Shown: positions 41,398 to 55,500 of the stretch, in pieces
How positions within the stretch are numbered: the first letter of the stretch is position 1
How the letters are laid out: each line of letters begins with the position of its first letter
Assembly: GCA_964016885.1 (NCBI GenBank)
Contig: OZ024746.1
Span: 77,996,001 to 78,060,000 of the forward strand
Direction: 5' to 3'
Length of the DNA stretch: 64,000 bases
From: Eledone cirrhosa
Lineage: Eukaryota
Position numbers and translations under genes: made by a program
The notes under the pieces: generated by a model
What the model was told of the DNA's origin: nothing
What the model saw: only the letters and a program-made list of their open reading frames with translations
Databases searched by the model: none

Positions 41398-41777
41398 AGT
41401 AGTATGTATATATATATACATACATGCACCACACATATATATATATGTACGTATGGATTCACCAAACGTTTATTATAATGCTCGGTGTGTTTGTAAACAA
41501 ACATCTCGTATTAAGCCGTAGTGTCTAGCAACCACCGTTGCTCATTTGTTCAACACTGACAAAGGAATGCTGTACTAGTTTCAAGCTTGTTAGCTATCGT
41601 CAGCAACGTATACCTTCCTGCCAGATAGTTGAACGTCCGAAAGTATATACTTTCCTTATGCATATTAATACGGGATGTTTGTTTACAAACACACCGAGCA
41701 TTATAATAAATGTTTGGTGAATCCATACGTACATATATATATATGTGTGCATGTATGTATATATATATACATACTAC
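41398..41777. mobile_element. Inverted-repeat element (about 115-bp arms) with hammerhead in the spacer
   Basis: GTAGTATGTA...ATGGATTCACCAAACGTTTATTATAATGCTCGGTGTGTTTGTAAACAAACATCTCGTATTAA is mirrored at 41665-41777. Confidence 0.8.
41568..41608 (-). ncRNA. Minimal type I hammerhead ribozyme
   Basis: Minus strand GTTG-CTGACGA-T-AGCT-AACA-AGCT-T-GAAAC-TA-GTA-CAGC. Core intact; palindromic stem III ACTAGT. Confidence 0.8.
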
Positions 41778-41904
41778 TTTACATCTGTATACATATATGT
41801 ATGTACGTGTACATACTTATATTTAAGTAACAGCCGTACTAAGAGTGGGAAATGAAATTTTGTTTCACTTTTTCCATTTATATATACATATATATGTGTG
41901 TGTA

Positions 41905-42831
<927 letters not shown>

Positions 42832-42840
42832 TATATATAT

Positions 42841-42875
<35 letters not shown>

Positions 42876-42882
42876 CACACAC

Positions 42883-42938
<56 letters not shown>

Positions 42939-43404
42939 TTATAACAGCAATGGTGGTGGTGGTGGTGAACTTATACCCCACCAACTAGCCAGTCTTTGGA
43001 TACAAATTGTTCTTGTGATGATGATGGTGATTATGTTGATGATGTATGAGGCAGACAGTGGTGGAGGGTGGGGGTGGGGTTGTTTGTAGAAACATACACT
43101 ACATGGTATATTCCTCCTATTAAAGAGTTCCTACACCCTCCACTCATGTCCTCCCCTATCCGCTACCCTTACCTCCTCCTCTCTATTTTTGTGCTTTCCT
43201 AACTAGATATACATGTCTATATTGCCATGAAATGAAGTACTCCTCTTTCCCTCTCTCTCTGTCTCTCTCTTTCCCTCTCACTCTCTCTCTTTCCCTCTCA
43301 CTCTCTCTCTTTCTCTCTCTCTATTTTACTCCTGTCTTAAGTCTCTTGTTCTGCTGATGTTTTATCAGTTTTTTTTTCTTCAATTTTTGTTGTTGTTGTA
43401 GTCT

Positions 43405-43695
43405 AAGTGTGCTGAGTAGGTGTATGTGTGCTGAGTGTGTGTGTGTGTGCTGAGTGTGTGTATGTGTGTTTAAGTGTATGTGTGCTGAGTGTGTTTATGT
43501 GTATGTATGCTGAGTGTGTGCATGTGTGCTGAGTGTGTGCATGTGTGTGTATGCTGAGTGTGTGTATGTGTGCTGAGTGTGTGCATGTGTGTGTATGCTG
43601 AGTGTGTTTATGTGTATGTAAGCTGAGTGTGTGTATGTGTATGTATGCTGAGTGTGTTTATGTGTATGTGCGCTGAGTGTGTGTATGTGTGTGTG
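43405..43695. repeat. (GT)-derived minisatellite with recurring GCTGAGTGTGT
   Basis: Directly visible. Confidence 0.9.
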
Positions 43696-43952
43696 TGAAT
43701 CGGTAAGAATTTCACTCCACAATCATGAGGGCCAGGTTTGATCAAACATGACATCTTAAGCAAGTGTGTCTTTTACCATAGCCTCGGAACAACCCAAGCC
43801 TTGTAAGAGAAATTGGTTAGACAGAAACTGTTTGGAAGTCTGTCAGATGGACTGTACCTGTAATTCAAAGGTACAAGCGTCGTCACTACACACCCTGTCA
43901 TGCTGAGTCTCCCTGAAAACTACTTTCACCCTTTGCCATTTACATTACTCTA

Positions 43953-44316
43953 TCATCATCATCGTTTAACGTCCATCTTCCACGCTTGCATGGGTTTAGA
44001 CGGGAATTTTCCCACTTGAGGCAAGATTGGTTGACTTGCTCGCATAGGACTGTCTGGCGGGTTTTCTACGGCTGGATGCCCTTCCTAACACCAACCACGT
44101 TGACAGTGTGGACTGGGAGGTTTTTACCATGTTACCTACACGGCCACATTACAGCGGGGACTGTGTGTTTTATTGTCGTGACACCTATACGACCTCATTT
44201 GTTTCGGCCTAGATGTTGTGGTACCAACATAGCTTTACAGAGAAAGGGGTGGTGTAGATGGGGGTGGGGGTAGGGGTAGTGGGACGGGGGGTGTATTTTT
44301 GGTTAGGAGGTGCCTA
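43953..44316 (-). mobile_element. SINE-like family C, apparently full length, nested in a MITE
   Basis: (CAT)n tail at 43953 and 5' end ...TTGGTTAGGAGGTGCCTA, shared with the copy ending at 63670. Confidence 0.82.
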
Positions 44317-44340
44317 TATATATGCTATTATATTTTCACG

Positions 44341-44523
44341 GTGGATTGGCAGTATCGGTAGAGGGTCGGACGCCATGCTTACCAGCATAGTTACGTCCCT
44401 TTACGATCTGAGTTCAAATCTCGCCGAGGTTGACTTTGCCTTTCATCCTTACGGGGTCGATAAAATAAAGTACCAGTAATGCACTGGGTAATTGCTGGCC
44501 TTGTGCCTAAAGTAGAAACAATT
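44341..44523 (+). mobile_element. SINE family A, young copy with 16-bp TSD
   Basis: ATTATATTTTCACGGT at 44327-44342 and 44521-44536. Confidence 0.92.
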
Positions 44524-44874
44524 ATATTTTCACGGTAAAGGCCTTTACCTCGCATAATTATCTGACAGAGGTTCACTTCATGCTTTGTGTCTGTCTATGT
44601 AACTGTGTGGCAGTGTGTAGGTGTGTCTGTGTGGGGGTGTGTCTGTGTGGGAGTGTGTAGGTGTGTCTGTGTAGATGTGTCTGTAGGTGTATCTGTGTGG
44701 GAGTGTGTATGTATGTATGTATGTATGTGTGTGACTTTGTGTGTGTATGAGTGCATCTTTGTGTGAATGTATGTGTCTGTGTGTGAATGTGTCTGTCCGT
44801 GTGTCCTTGTATGAGTGTGTGTCTGCACCTGTCTATGCATCTCTGTGTCTATGCATGCATGTGTATTTGTGTAA

Positions 44875-44909
<35 letters not shown>

Positions 44910-45596
44910 TGTATACACGGCATGATATGTGCTGTGTGTGTATGCAGGTTGTGTATGGATATGTATGATGCGTATACTGTGTGTGCTGTGTGTATGTGTA
45001 TGTGTACTAAAGTACACACACACACACACAAAGGCATGTCATCATCATGTATGTATGTGTGTATGTATACTAAAGTATACACACTCTCACACATACACAC
45101 ACACACACACAGACAAAGGCATGTCATCATCATCATCATTGTTAACAGCACTATGGTTGGTCACATGCTGGACACCTCTAATCCACAAACAACTTTGTCT
45201 CTATATTTCTGTACCTCAGTCTCCCCCTCTCTCCACCCCCTCTCTCTTGCACCCTACACCCACCCACACTTTCTCTCCTACTCCCCCTCTCTTATATTTT
45301 CTTTTGACGTCTAATGAAATTAATCTTGTCCTAAACATCTGTCCTCTACACACACATAGACACACATACATACATCACACATACAAACACATACACGAAT
45401 ATGTCATATGTCATACATCATACACATACACACACAATTCCTACTGTAAGAATTCAAATGACATAACATCGATGTTACATGTTAGCTCTTATCTTTCTTT
45501 ATTTTTTTTTTCATTGATGTCTCTTTTGTATTTGATATTTACTTTGTGTGTGTATGTGTATGTGTGTGTATGTGTGTGTATGTGTATGTGTGTGTT

Positions 45597-45631
<35 letters not shown>

Positions 45632-45720
45632 ATGATCATCATCATAATCATCGTTTTTACGTATTCTTTTCCATGTTTGTATGGGTTCGACATATATATA
45701 TATGTGTGTGTTTATCCCGA

Positions 45721-45970
45721 GTTCAATCTGTAGTAAGCCACAGTAAGTAAGGTGCTCAATACATAGTAGAGTATAAATATTTAATATAGAAATGGCTTCT
45801 ACAGCATTAGAACTGTTACATTTGAAGGAGATCATTAGGAAAGGGCTTTCCTGAGGATTTCCTTCAAATGAAACAATTCTAGTCCTGTAGAAGCAATTTC
45901 TATATTAAACACTGTATATACTCTACAATGTATTGAGTACGTTACTTACTGTGGTTACTCCCGATTGAAC
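45721..45970. mobile_element. Older fold-back element, about 124-bp arms, 2-nt loop
   Basis: GTTCAATC...AGGAAAG-GG-CTTTCCT...GATTGAAC. A weak CTGAGGA...GAAAC...GTC remnant lies next to the centre. Confidence 0.75.
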
Positions 45971-46099
45971 ACACACACACACATATATATATATATAAAT
46001 AAATGAAGTAATTCCGTCGGAAAGGTACAGGAAAAAAGAGTGCTCTATGTAATAGTTAGGTTTTCAAATCCACATTCAATAAAAACACCAGGTTTTTTT

Positions 46100-46153
46100 C
46101 ATTCTGACGACTGAAAGCAGATTTATTTGCTTTCAAGAAACCACTGGTAAATG
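46100..46153 (+). ncRNA. Type I hammerhead ribozyme, intact core
   Basis: CATT-CTGACGA-C-TGAAAGCAGA-TTTA-TTTGCTTTCA-A-GAAACC-ACT-GGTA-AATG. Stem I CATT/AATG, 10-bp stem II, stem III ACC/GGT, GUA cleavage triplet. Lies in a ~165-bp island between (TA)n tracts. Confidence 0.85.
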
Positions 46154-46659
46154 TTTTGTTTATATATATATATATATATAGAATATTCTGTTCTTTGTGC
46201 CAGAACCCTGTGTAGAATATAATGGGTGAAATAAAACTTCTACTGATTAAGAATACATGAAAATATGTGGAATACTAATTGTCATTTATGCCATGATAAA
46301 ATGTACCCAGTAGCCTCTGTAAAGTTGTTAGTATTTAGCAAGGTCATCAGGCCGTAGAAACCATGCCAGATGTGGTTGTCTGACTTATTTAGTCTTGAAC
46401 CATGACAACCCATCTGACCCATGCCAAAATAGAAAGTGGATGTGGTGATGATGATGATTTATTACCTAGCTTACCTGCTGAGTCTGAACTTCTTTTCATC
46501 AGTCAATGGAATAAGATATACCCCAGTTTCTTACCCTCTCCCTCTCTCGCAGTCAAATGCACATAGCTCTATGTATTCATGTATCTCTCATACTGTATGT
46601 GCTCCAGTAGAGTCGCAGTTCAAATACATAGTACATTGCTCAATGTTTCTTTCATTATA

Positions 46660-48932
46660 TGCTTATTTGCCCCGGTATGATCATAGTCTAATGATATCTA
46701 CACATAGCTCTATATATCCCCATATATTAGAATGTGCCCCAGTATGGTCATAGTTTAATGACATATATACGTAGCTCTATTATATCTCAATATATGTATG
46801 CATTTGCCCCAGCATGGCCACAGTCTAATGATATTTACATATAGCTCTTTGTATATCTCATAATATCTATGTATTTGCCCCAGCATGGCCACAGTCTAAT
46901 GACATATACACACAGCTCTATGTATATCTCATAATATCTATGTATTTACCCCAGCATGGCCTCAGTCTAATGGCATATACACACAGCTCTATGTATATCT
47001 CATAATATCTATGTATTTGCCCCAGCATGGCCTCAGTCTAATGACATATACACACAGCTCTATGTATATCTCATAATATCTATGTATTTGCCCCAGCATG
47101 GCCTCAGTCTAATGACATATACACACAGCTCTATGTATATTTCATAATATCTATGTATTTGCCCCAGCATAGCCTCAGTCTAATGACATATACACACAGC
47201 TCTATGTATATCTCATAATATCTATGTATTTGCCCCAGCATGGCCTCAGTCTAATGACATATACACACAGCTCTATGTATATCTCATAATATCTATGTAT
47301 TTGCCCCAGCATGGCCTCAGTCTAATGACATATACACACAGCTCTATGTATATCTCATAATATCTATGTATTTGCCCCAGCATGGCCTCAGTCTAATGGC
47401 ATATACACACAGCTCTATGTATATCTCATAATATCTATGTATTTGCCCCAGCATGGCCTCATACTAATGACATATACACACAGCTCTATGTATATCTCAT
47501 AATATCTATGTATTTGCCCCAGCATAGCCTCAGTCTAATGACATATACACACAGCTCTATGTATATCTCAATATCTATGTATTTGCCCCAGCATGGCCTC
47601 AGTCTAATGACATATACACACAGCTCTATGTATATCTCATAATATCTATGTATTTGCCCCAGCATGGCCTCAGTCTAATGACATATACACACAGCTCTAT
47701 GTATATCTCATAATATCTATGTATTTGCCCCAGCATGGCCTCAGTCTAATGGCATATACACACAGCTCTATGTATATCTCATAATATCTATGTATTTGCC
47801 CCAGCATGGCCTCAGTCTAATGACATATACACACAGCTCTATGTATATCTCAATATCTATGTATTTGCCTCAGCATGGCCTCAGTCTAATGACATATACA
47901 CACAGCTCTATGTATATCTCATAATATCTATGTATTTGCCCCAGCATGGCCTCAGTCTAATGACATATACACACAGCTCTATGTATATCTCATAATATCT
48001 ATGTATTTGCCCCAGCATGGCCTCAGTCTAATGGCATATACACACAGCTCTACGTATATCTCATAATATCTATGTATTTGCCCCAGCATGGCCTCAGTCT
48101 AATGGCATATACACACAGCTCTATGTATATCTCATAATATCTATGTATTTGCCCCAGCATAGCCTCAGTCTAATGACATATACACACAGCTCTATGTATA
48201 TCTCATAATATCTATGTATTTGCCCCAGCATGGCCTCAGTCTAATGACATATACACACAGCTCTATGTATATCTCAATATCTATGTATTTGCCCCAGCAT
48301 GGCCTCAGTCTAATGACATATACACACAGCTCTATGTATATCTCATAATATCTATGTATTTGCCCCAGCATGGCCTCAGTCTAATGACATATACACACAG
48401 CTCTATGTATATCTCATAATATCTATGTATTTGCCCCAGCAAGGCCTCAATCTAATGACATATACACACAGCTCTATGTATATCTCATAATATCTATGTA
48501 TTTGCCCCAGCATGGCCTCAGTCTAGTGACATATACACACAGCTCTATGTATATCTCATAATATCTATGTATTTGCCCCAGCATGGCCTCAGTCTAATGA
48601 CATATACACACAGCTCTATGTATATCTCATAATATCTATGTATTTGCCCCAGATTGGCCTCAATCTAATGACATATACACACAGCTCTATGTATATCTCA
48701 TAATATCTATGTATTTGCCCCAGCATGGCCTCAGTCTAATGACATATACACACAGCTCTATGTATATCTCATAATATCTATGTATTTGCCCCAGCATGGC
48801 CTCAGTCTAATGACATATACACACAGCTCTATGTATATCTCATAATATCTATGTATTTGCCCCAGCATGGCCTCAGTCTAATGACATATACACACAGCTC
48901 TATGTATATCTCATAATATCTATGTATTTGCC
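46660..48932. repeat. 71-bp satellite, about 30 copies with a degenerate left edge
   Basis: Unit TGCCCCAGCATGGCCTCAGTCTAATGACATATACACACAGCTCTATGTATATCTCATAATATCTATGTATT (starts at 47231 and 47302), with occasional 69-bp variants. Confidence 0.97.
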
Positions 48933-49283
48933 ATAGTAAAGCTAACTAGTATATTTATTTAGTGTTAGGTAACAACAAATAGAGATATCAGATAGCATTG
49001 ACTCATTCTGCTAAACAGCCCCCCCCCCCCCCCCACACACTCCCCCCTCTCTCTATTTCTGTCTACCTTATCTACCTGTCTTTCTGTCTGTCAGTCAGTC
49101 TATCTAATTATTTATTTATTTATCTAGCTGTTGGTTTATCCACCTACCTCCCTCCCTATCTATATGTCTATCTAGTCATGTATATATCTATCTGTCCCCA
49201 CCCTCCCATACAGACACATATGGAGGCATCACACACACACACACACGCACACGCACACACACACACACACACATATAACAAAC

Positions 49284-49474
49284 AACAAAGGAATTGTGGT
49301 AAGGAACCAGATGGACCATAACACACCATAGTACTCAATACCTAGGGTATTAGAGTGGGAAATAGGAAAAAGTATGACCCCGACGGCAGAGCTCAAGCCG
49401 TTTCGACGGATATTTCTGGACGTCCAGAAATAGCCTGCGAAACGGCTTGAGCTCTGCCGTCGGGGTCATACTTT
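49284..49474 (-). mobile_element. Fold-back element family P, copy 2
   Basis: Palindrome centred on TTTCTGGAC|GTCCAGAAA. Both arms carry GAAACGGCTTGAGCTCTGCCGTCGGGGTCATAC. Confidence 0.85.
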
Positions 49475-49597
49475 ATATATATATATATATATATATACAC
49501 TATATATTTACACACATACATGTTAATTGCTTCCAATATGATAACTTAAGTCTCATTTAGTAGTCAGCTTCATCTTGTATCTGCAATTGTCATAAAA

Positions 49598-52500
49598 TGT
49601 GGTGTGGTGTGGTTTAGTATTGTCTGGTGTGGTGTGGTTTAGTATTGTCTGGTGTGGTGTGGTGTGGTGTGGTGTGGTGTGATGTCTGTGGGGTGTGGTG
49701 TGGTGTATGGTGTGGTTTAGTAATGTGATGATGTAGTTACATGGTATAGAGTGTAGTGTGGTGTGGTGTGGTGTATGGTGTGGTTTAGTAATGTGATGAT
49801 GTAGTTACATGCTATGGAGTGGAGTGTAGTGTGGTGTGGTGTGGTGTGGTGTGGTGTGGTGTATGGTGTGGTTTAGTAATGTGATGATGTAGTTACATGC
49901 TATGGAGTGGAGTGTAGTGTGGTGTGGTGTGGTGTATGGTGTGGTTTAGTAATGTGATGATGTAGTTACATGCTATGGAGTGGAGTGTAGTGTGGTGTGG
50001 TGTGGTGTATGGTGTGGTTTAGTAATGTGATGATGTAGTTACATGCTATGGAGTGGAGTGTAGTGTGGTGTGGTGTGGTGTGGTGTGGTGTGGTGTATGG
50101 TGTGGTTTAGTAATGTGATGATGTAGTTACATGCTATGGAGTGGAGTGTGGTGTGGTGTGGTGTATGGTGTGGTTTAGTAATGTGATGATGTAGTTAAAT
50201 GCTATGGAGTGGAGTGTAGTGTGGTGTGGTGTGGTGTATGGTGTGGTTTAGTAATGTGATGATGTAGTTACATGCTATGGAGTGGAGTGGAGTGTGGTGT
50301 GGTGTGGTGTGGTGTATGGTGTGGTTTAGTAATGTGATGATGTAGTTACATGCTATGGAGTGGAGTGTAGTGTGGTGTGGTGTGGTGTATGGTGTGGTTT
50401 AGTAATGTGATGATGTAGTTACATGCTATGGAGTGTAGTGTGGTGTGGTGTGGTGTGGTGTGGTGTGGTGTATGGTGTGGTTTAGTAATGTGATGATGTA
50501 GTTACATGCTATGGAGTGGAGTGTAGTGTGGTGTGGTGTGGTGTGGTGTGGTGTGGTGTATGGTGTGGTTTAGTAATGTGATGATGTAGTTACATGCTAT
50601 GGAGTGTAGTGTGGTGTGGTGTGGTGTGGTGTGGTGTGGTGTATGGTGTGGTTTAGTAATGTGATGATGTAGTTACATGATTATGGAGTGTAGTGTGGTG
50701 TGGTGTGGTTTAGTAATGTGATGATGTAGTTACATGCTATGGAGTGGAGTGTAGTCTGGTGTGGTGTGGTGTATGGTGTGGTTTAGTAATGTGATGATGT
50801 AGTTACATGCTATGGAGTGGAGTGTGGTGTGGTGTGGTGTATGGTGTGGTTTAGTAATGTGATGATGTAGTTACATGATTATGGAGTGTAGAGTGGTGTG
50901 GTGTGGTTTAGTAATGTGATGATGTAGTTACATGATTATGGAGTGTAGAGTGGTGTGGTGTGGTTTAGTAATGTGATGATGTAGTTACATGCTATGGAGT
51001 GGAGTGTGGTGTGGTGTGGTGTGGTGTGGTGTGGTGTATGGTGTGGTTTAGTAATGTGATGATGTAGTTACATGCTGTGGAGTGGAGTGGAGTGTGGTGT
51101 GGTGTGGTGTATGGTGTGGTTTAGTAATGTGATGATGTAGTTACATGCTATGGAGTGTAGTGTGGTGTGGTGTGGTTTAGTAATGTGATGATGTAGTTAC
51201 ATGCTATGGAGTGTAGTGTGGTGTGGTGTGGTTTAGTAATGTGATGATGTAGTTACATGCTATGGAGTGTAGTGTGGTGTGGTGTGGTTTAGTAATGTGA
51301 TGATGTAGTTACATGCTATGGAGTGGAGTGTGGTGTGGTGTGGTGTGGTGTATGGTGTGGTTTAGTAATGTGATGATGTAGTTACATGCTATGGAGTGGA
51401 GTGTGGTGTGGTGTGGTGTGGTTTAGTAATGTGATGATGTAGTTACATGCTATGGAGTGGAGTGTGGTGTGGTGTGGTGTGGTTTAGTAATGTGATGATG
51501 TAGTTACATGCTATGGAGTGTAGTGTGGTGTGGTGTGGTGTGGTGTGGTTTAGTAATGTGATGATGTAGTTACATGCTATGGAGTGTAGTGTGGTGTGGT
51601 GTGGTTTAGTAATGTGATGATGTAGTTACATGCTATGGAGTGGAGTGTGGTGTGGTGTGGTGTGGTGTATGGTGTGGTTTAGTAATGTGATGATGTAGTT
51701 ACATGCTATGGAGTGGAGTGTGGTGTGGTGTGGTGTGGTTTAGTAATGTGATGATGTAGTTACATGCTATGGAGTGGAGTGTGGTGTGGTGTGGTGTGGT
51801 TTAGTAATGTGATGATGTAGTTACATGCTATGGAGTGTAGTGTGGTGTGGTGTGGTGTGGTGTGGTTTAGTAATGTGATGATGTAGTTACATGCTATGGA
51901 GTGGAGTGTGGTGTGGTGTGGTGTATGGTGTGGTTTAGTAATGTGATGATGTAGTTACATGATTATGGAGTGTAGTGTGGTGTGGTGTGGTGTGGTTTAG
52001 TAATGTGATGATGTAGTTACATGCTATGGAGTGGAGTGGAGTGTGGTGTGGTGTGGTGTGGTGTGGTGTATGGTGTGGTTTAGTAATGTGATGATGTAGT
52101 TACATGCTATGGAGTGGAGTGTGGTGTGGTGTGGTGTATGGTGTGGTTTAGTAATGTGATGATGTAGTTACATGATTATGGAGTGTAGTGTGGTGTGGTG
52201 TGGTTTAGTAATGTGATGATGTAGTTACATGCTATGGAGTGGAGTGTAGTCTGGTGTGGTGTGGTGTATGGTGTGGTTTAGTAATGTGATGATGTAGTTA
52301 CATGCTATGGAGTGGAGTGTGGTGTGGTGTGGTGTATGGTGTGGTTTAGTAATGTGATGATGTAGTTACATGATTATGGAGTGTAGAGTGGTGTGGTGTG
52401 GTTTAGTAATGTGATGATGTAGTTACATGATTATGGAGTGTAGTGTGGTGTGGTGTGGTTTAGTAATGTGATGATGTAGTTACATGCTGTGGAGTGGAGT

Positions 52501-55500
52501 GGAGTGTGGTGTGGTGTGGTGTATGGTGTGGTTTAGTAATGTGATGATGTAGTTACATGCTATGGAGTGTAGTGTGGTGTGGTGTGGTTTAGTAATGTGA
52601 TGATGTAGTTACATGCTATGGAGTGTAGTGTGGTGTGGTGTGGTTTAGTAATGTGATGATGTAGTTACATGCTATGGAGTGTAGTGTGGTGTGGTGTGGT
52701 TTAGTAATGTGATGATGTAGTTACATGCTATGGAGTGGAGTGTGGTGTGGTGTGGTGTGGTGTATGGTGTGGTTTAGTAATGTGATGATGTAGTTACATG
52801 CTATGGAGTGGAGTGTGGTGTGGTGTGGTGTGGTTTAGTAATGTGATGATGTAGTTACATGCTATGGAGTGGAGTGTGGTGTGGTGTGGTGTGGTTTAGT
52901 AATGTGATGATGTAGTTACATGCTATGGAGTGTAGTGTGGTGTGGTGTGGTGTGGTGTGGTGTGGTGTGGTGTGGTTTAGTAATGTGATGATGTAGTTAC
53001 ATGCTATGGAGTGGGTTGTAGTGTGGTGTGGTGTGGTGTATGGTGTGGTTTAGTAATGTGATGATGTAGTTACATGATTATGGAGTGGAGTGTGGTGTGG
53101 TGTGGTGTGGTGTGGTGTATGGTGTGGTTTAGTAATGTGATGATGTAGTTACATGCTATGGAGTGGAGTGTAGTGTGGTGTGGTGTGGTGTATGGTGTGG
53201 TTTAGTAATGTGATGATGTAGTTACATGCTATGGAGTGGAGTGTAGTGTGGTGTGGTGTATGGTGTGGTTTAGTAATGTGATGATGTAGTTACATGGTAT
53301 AGAGTGTAGTGTGGTGTGGTGTGGTGTGGTGTATGGTGTGGTTTAGTAATGTGATGATGTAGTTACATGCTATGGAGTGGAGTGTGGTGTGGTGTGGTGT
53401 ATGGTGTGGTTTAGTAATGTGATGATGTAGTTACATGCTATGGAGTGGAGTGTAGTGTGGTGTGGTGTGGTGTATGGTGTGGTTTAGTAATGTGATGATG
53501 TAGTTACATGCTATGGAGTGGAGTGTAGTGTGGTGTGGTGTGGTGTATGGTGTGGTTTAGTAATGTGATGATGTAGTTACATGCTATGGAGTGGAGTGGA
53601 GTGTAGTGTGGTGTGGTGTATGGTGTGGTTTAGTAATGTGATGATGTAGTTACATGGTATAGAGTGTAGTGTGGTGTGGTGTGGTGTGGTGTATGGTGTG
53701 GTTTAGTAATGTGATGATGTAGTTACATGCTATGGAGTGTAGTGTGGTGTGGTGTGGTGTATGGTGTGGTTTAGTAATGTGATGATGTAGTTACATGCTA
53801 TGGAGTGGAGTGTAGTGTGGTGTGGTGTGGTGTATGGTGTGGTTTAGTAATGTGATGATGTAGTTACATGCTATGGAGTGGAGTGTAGTGTGGTGTGGTG
53901 TGGTGTATGGTGTGGTTTAGTAATGTGATGATGTAGTTACATGCTATGGAGTGGAGTGTAGTGTGGTGTGGTGTGGTGTATGGTGTGGTTTAGTAATGTG
54001 ATGATGTAGTTACATGCTATGGAGTGGAGTGTAGTGTGGTGTGGTGTGGTGTGGTGTGGTGTGGTGTGGTGTGGTGTATGGTGTGGTTTAGTAATGTGAT
54101 GATGTAGTTACATGCTATGGAGTGGAGTGTAGTGTGGTGTGGTGTGGTGTATGGTGTGGTTTAGTAATGTGATGATGTAGTTACATGCTATGGAGTGGAG
54201 TGGAGTGTGGTGTGGTGTGGTGTATGGTGTGGTTTAGTAATGTGATGATGTAGTTACATGCTATGGAGTGTGGTGTGGTGTGGTGTGGTGTGGTGTATGG
54301 TGTGGTTTAGTAATGTGATGATGTAGTTACATGCTATGGAGTGGAGTGTGGTGTGGTGTGGTGTATGGTGTGGTTTAGTAATGTGATGATGTAGTTACAT
54401 GATTATGGAGTGTAGTGTGGTGTGGTGTGGTGTGGTTTAGTAATGTGATGATGTAGTTACATGCTATGGAGTGGAGTGGAGTGTGGTGTGGTGTGGTGTA
54501 TGGTGTGGTTTAGTAATGTGATGATGTAGTTACATGCTATGGAGTGTGGTGTGGTGTGGTGTGGTGTGGTGTATGGTGTGGTTTAGTAATGTGATGATGT
54601 AGTTACATGCTATGGAGTGGAGTGTGGTGTGGTGTGGTGTATGGTGTGGTTTAGTAATGTGATGATGTAGTTACATGATTATGGAGTGTAGTGTGGTGTG
54701 GTGTGGTGTGGTTTAGTAATGTGATGATGTAGTTACATGCTATGGAGTGGAGTGGAGTGTGGTGTGGTGTGGTGTATGGTGTGGTTTAGTAATGTGATGA
54801 TGTAGTTACATGCTATGGAGTGGAGTGTGGTGTGGTGTGGTGTATGGTGTGGTTTAGTAATGTGATGATGTAGTTACATGCTATGGAGTGGAGTGTGGTG
54901 TGGTGTGGTGTATGGTGTGGTTTAGTAATGTGATGATGTAGTTACATGCTATGGAGTGTAGTGTGGTGTGGTGTGGTGTGGTGTATGGTGTGGTTTAGTA
55001 ATGTGATGATGTAGTTACATGCTATGGAGTGGAGTGTGGTGTGGTGTGGTGTATGGTGTGGTTTAGTAATGTGATGATGTAGTTACATGCTATGGAGTGG
55101 AGTGGAGTGGAGTGTGGTGTGGTGTGGAGTGTGGTGTGGTGTGGTGTATGGTGTGGTTTAGTAATGTGATGATGTAGTTACATGATTATGGAGTGTAGTG
55201 TGGTGTGGTGTGGTTTAGTAATGTGATGATGTAGTTACATGCTATGGAGTGGAGTAGAGTGTGGTGTGGTGTGGTGTATGGTGTGGTTTAGTAATGTGAT
55301 GTAGTTACATGCTATGGAGTGGAGTGTAGTCTGGTGTGGTGTGGTGTATGGTGTGGTTTAGTAATGTGATGATGTAGTTACATGATTATGGAGTGGAGTG
55401 GAGTGTGGTGTGGTGTGGTGTGGTGTATGGTGTGGTTTAGTAATGTGATGATGTAGTTACATGCTATGGAGTGGAGTGTGGTGTGGTGTGGTTTAGTAAT

